DNA of 64,000 bases from an uncultured Enterobacteriaceae bacterium (GTDB lineage Bacteria > Pseudomonadota > Gammaproteobacteria > Burkholderiales > SG8-39). A model generated the notes under the pieces. The model saw nothing but the letters and a program-made list of their open reading frames with translations. It was not told the origin of the DNA and made no database searches. Positions 61,053-64,000 of this stretch are shown piece by piece; position 1 is the stretch's first letter, and each line of letters begins with the position of its first letter. The position numbers and the translations under genes were made by a program. Location: the NCBI GenBank assembly GCA_964393745.1, contig CAYMVA010000013.1:46250-110249 (forward strand), in the 5' to 3' direction.

Positions 61053-61829
61053 ATGAAGATCGCGATTGCAGGCGCGACCGGGCGCATGGGGCGCACGCTG
61101 ATCGAGGCGGTGCTGGCCGACCCCGAGTTGTCGCTCGCCGCCGCGCTCGAAGCGGCAGACAGCCCGGCGCTCGGCACCGAGATCGCTGGCGTGACGATCG
61201 GCGAGGACATCGCCGCCGCGGTGGTGGCCGCCGACGTGCTGATCGACTTCACGCGCCCGCAAGGCACGCTCGCGCATCTCGTGGCCTGCGCAGCGGCGGG
61301 CAAGCCCATAGTCATCGGCACCACCGGTTTCTCCGAAAACGAACGGGCAAATATCGTGCACGCAGCGGAGCGCATCGCGGTGGTGCTGTCCCCCAACTTC
61401 GCCATCGGCGTCAACGCCGTGTTCAAGCTCGCCGAGACCGCGGCAAAAATCCTCGGCGACTCTTACGACGTAGAGATCATCGAGGCGCATCACCGCCACA
61501 AGGTAGATGCGCCCTCGGGCACCGCGCTCGAGCTGGGCAGGATCGTCGCCCGGGCGCTCGGCCGGGATCTCAACACGGTGGCGGTGCACGGCCGCGAGGG
61601 CGACACCGGCGAGCGCCCCGGCAAGGCGATCGGCTTTCACGCCATCCGCGGCGGCGACATCGTGGGCGAGCACAGCGTGATCTTTGCCGGCACCGGCGAG
61701 CGCGTCGAGCTGACCATCCGCTCGCAAAGCCGCATGACCTACGCGCTGGGCGCGCTGCGCGCAGCCAAGTTCCTGCGCGGCCGCAAGCCCGGCCTGTACG
61801 GCATGGAGCACGTCCTCGGCCTGAAGTAG
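61053..61829 (+). CDS. dapB: 4-hydroxy-tetrahydrodipicolinate reductase
   Basis: [13 protein letters not shown]...[16 protein letters not shown]. Confidence 0.95.
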   Translation: MKIAIAGATGRMGRTLIEAVLADPELSLAAALEAADSPALGTEIAGVTIGEDIAAAVVAADVLIDFTRPQGTLAHLVACAAAGKPIVIGTTGFSENERANIVHAAERIAVVLSPNFAIGVNAVFKLAETAAKILGDSYDVEIIEAHHRHKVDAPSGTALELGRIVARALGRDLNTVAVHGREGDTGERPGKAIGFHAIRGGDIVGEHSVIFAGTGERVELTIRSQSRMTYALGALRAAKFLRGRKPGLYGMEHVLGLK

Positions 61830-61843
61830 CGCCTGAAGTAGCG

Positions 61844-61909
61844 TATAATTTTTTTCTCAAGCCGAGCGGGAAGGGCCAGAGCCTAACGGCGGCCCCTCCC
61901 GCTTTTCAC
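61844..61909 (+). promoter_or_regulatory. TATAAT + T7 tract followed by a strong hairpin + TTTT upstream of carA (dapB terminator and/or carA leader attenuator)
   Basis: TATAAT at 61844-61849 runs into TTTTTTT. The hairpin is GCGGGAAGGGCC...GGCCCCTCCCGC (61866-61902), followed by TTTTCAC. Confidence 0.45.
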
Positions 61910-61930
61910 ATCTACTCCTGGAGTGTCGTT

Positions 61931-63070
61931 TTGGCTGCGCTCGAACCTGCCGTGCTCGTCCTTGCCGACGGGACGGCGTTTCGGGGCCGATCGGTCGGCG
62001 CGCACGGCATTTCCTCCGGCGAAGTGGTGTTCAACACCGCGATGACCGGCTACCAGGAAATCCTCACCGATCCCTCGTACTGCCGCCAGATCGTCACCCT
62101 GACGCACCCGCACATCGGCAACACCGGCGTCAATGCCGAGGACGAGGAGTCGGGCGCGGTCTACGCCGCCGGGCTGGTAGTGCGCGATGTGCCGGCGCGG
62201 ATGTCGAGCTGGCGCGCGCAGGAATCGCTCGGCGCGTACCTCGAGCGGCACAAGGTGGTCGCGATCGCCGATCTCGACACGCGCAAACTGACGCGCATCC
62301 TGAGGGAGAAGGGCGCGCAAGCCGGCTGCCTGATGGCGGGCGATACGGACATGGACCGGGCGCTCGCCGAGGCGCGTGCGTTTCCCGGGCTCGCCGGCAT
62401 GGACCTGGCAAAGGTGGTCAGCACCGCGAAGCCCTACGAGTGGACCGAGGGCCGGTGGGAACTGGGCAAGGGATTCCGGCGCATCGAGGGGGCGGCGCGC
62501 CACGTCGTCGCCTACGATTTCGGCATCAAGCGCAACATCCTGCGGCTGCTCGCCGAGCGCGGCGCGCGCATCACCGTGGTGCCGGCGCAAACCCCGGCGC
62601 GCGAGGTGCTCAAGCTCAAGCCCGACGGCGTGTTCCTGTCCAACGGCCCGGGCGATCCCGAGCCCTGCGACTACGCCGTCGAGGCGATCGGGCAGATCCT
62701 CGACGCGAGCCCGATCCCCGTGTTCGGCATCTGCCTCGGCCACCAGCTGATGGGGCTCGCATCGGGCGCGAAGACCGTGAAGATGAAGTTTGGCCACCAC
62801 GGCGCCAACCATCCGGTGAAAGACCTCGATACCGGGCAGGTGGTGATCACCAGCCAGAACCACGGCTTCGCGGTGGATCCGAACAGTCTGCCCAAGACGC
62901 TGCGCCCGACGCACGTGTCGCTGTTCGACGGCTCGTTGCAGGGCCTGGCGCGCACCGACCGGCCGGCGTTCTGCTTCCAGGGGCATCCCGAAGCCAGCCC
63001 CGGCCCGCACGACATCGCCTACCTCTTCGACCGCTTCGCCGCGCTGATGGACGATGCCAAAAAGAACTGA
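61931..63070 (+). CDS. carA: Carbamoyl-phosphate synthase small (glutaminase) subunit
   Basis: TTG start after CTGGAG. LADGT.F.G...G...GEVVFNT.MTGYQE..TDPSY and the GICLGHQ catalytic Cys. Confidence 0.93.
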   Translation: MAALEPAVLVLADGTAFRGRSVGAHGISSGEVVFNTAMTGYQEILTDPSYCRQIVTLTHPHIGNTGVNAEDEESGAVYAAGLVVRDVPARMSSWRAQESLGAYLERHKVVAIADLDTRKLTRILREKGAQAGCLMAGDTDMDRALAEARAFPGLAGMDLAKVVSTAKPYEWTEGRWELGKGFRRIEGAARHVVAYDFGIKRNILRLLAERGARITVVPAQTPAREVLKLKPDGVFLSNGPGDPEPCDYAVEAIGQILDASPIPVFGICLGHQLMGLASGAKTVKMKFGHHGANHPVKDLDTGQVVITSQNHGFAVDPNSLPKTLRPTHVSLFDGSLQGLARTDRPAFCFQGHPEASPGPHDIAYLFDRFAALMDDAKKN

Positions 63071-64000
63071 CATCAAGTCGATCCTGATCATCGGCGCGGG
63101 GCCGATCGTCATCGGCCAGGCTTGCGAGTTCGACTACTCCGGCGCGCAGGCCTGCAAGGCGCTCAAGGCCGAGGGCTACCGCGTGGTGCTGGTCAATTCC
63201 AACCCCGCCACCATCATGACCGACCCGGAGATGGCCGACGCCACCTACATCGAGCCGATCACCTGGCAGACGGTGGCGCGGATCATCGAGAAAGAGCGCC
63301 CCGACGCGCTGCTGCCGACCATGGGCGGGCAGACCGCGCTCAACTGTGCGCTGGATCTCGCGCGCGAAGGGGTGCTGGAAAAATTCGCGGTCGAGATGAT
63401 CGGCGCCTCGCGCGCCGCCATCGACAAGGCCGAGGACCGCGAGAAATTCAAGCAGGCGATGGCGCGCATCGGCCTTGCCAGCCCGCGCTCGTCGCTCGCG
63501 CACTCGCTCGAGGAGGCGCTGCAGATCCAGGCGGGAATCGGCTTCCCGGTGGTGATCCGGCCCTCGTTCACCCTCGGCGGCACCGGCGGCGGCATCGCCT
63601 ACAACCGCGAGGAGTTCGTCGCCATCTGCGAGCGCGGCCTGGAAGCCTCGCCCACGCACGAGCTGCTGATCGAGGAATCGGTGCTGGGCTGGAAAGAGTT
63701 CGAGATGGAGGTGGTGCGCGACTGCAAGGACAACTGCATCATCATCTGCTCGATCGAGAACCTCGATCCGATGGGGGTGCACACTGGCGACTCGATCACG
63801 GTGGCGCCTGCGCAGACCCTCACCGACAGGGAATACCAGATCCTGCGCGACGCCTCGATCGCGGTGCTGCGCGAGATCGGCGTGGAAACCGGCGGCTCTA
63901 ACGTGCAGTTCGCGATCAATCCGCAGGACGGGCGGCTGCTGATCATCGAGATGAACCCGCGCGTGTCGCGCTCGTCGGCCCTCGCCTCCAAGGCGACCGG
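63054..64000 (+). CDS. carB: Carbamoyl-phosphate synthase large subunit, N-terminal part (continues beyond the window)
   Basis: [30 protein letters not shown]. The frame is open to the window end (not in the ORF track because there is no stop). The ATG overlaps the carA 3' end. Confidence 0.95.
   Translation, partial: MPKRTDIKSILIIGAGPIVIGQACEFDYSGAQACKALKAEGYRVVLVNSNPATIMTDPEMADATYIEPITWQTVARIIEKERPDALLPTMGGQTALNCALDLAREGVLEKFAVEMIGASRAAIDKAEDREKFKQAMARIGLASPRSSLAHSLEEALQIQAGIGFPVVIRPSFTLGGTGGGIAYNREEFVAICERGLEASPTHELLIEESVLGWKEFEMEVVRDCKDNCIIICSIENLDPMGVHTGDSITVAPAQTLTDREYQILRDASIAVLREIGVETGGSNVQFAINPQDGRLLIIEMNPRVSRSSALASKAT

Overview
This is a high-GC chromosomal segment, roughly two-thirds or more G+C by eye (not computed). 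Gene content and order look betaproteobacterial. Most of it is core housekeeping in well-known synteny:
- hisS-yfgM-bamB-der
- leuCDB-asd-fimV-truA-trpFBA-accD-folC-SPOR(dedD-like)-cvpA-purF-metZ
- lpxH-ppiA-(L,D-transpeptidase)-(TPR), divergent from cysS
- grpE-dnaK-dnaJ, hemH-hrcA, nadK-recN, and fur/bamE-dapB-carAB

No rRNA, tRNA or CRISPR was seen. Five parts are not routine:
1. A 12-gene, translationally coupled type-II FAS/PKS-like lipid cluster with its own LolA-like/MMPL export pair (3.6-14.5 kb, minus strand). It resembles the aryl-polyene family and sits next to a divergent TetR gene with a perfect 11-1-11 palindrome.
2. Two copies of a ~360-430 bp, hairpin-rich intergenic element with perfect 20-bp terminal inverted repeats. 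The repeats differ between copies but covary within each copy. Each copy fills an operon junction exactly (dedD-like/cvpA and ppiA/lpxH), in the same orientation relative to transcription.
3. A ~3.5 kb accessory island between metZ and lpxH. It is delimited by three direct copies of the ancestral metZ-stop/hairpin/lpxH-stop region. It carries a 543-aa unknown protein, a secreted metzincin-like protein with a Q-for-H motif change, and a small lipoprotein.
4. A RAYT (IS200-like Y1 transposase) flanked by inverted REP hairpins between recN and fur.
5. A second fimV paralog whose N-terminus carries a ~110-aa module also present in the two neighbouring genes.

The many long antisense or overlapping ORFs in the track are GC-driven shadows and are not called.
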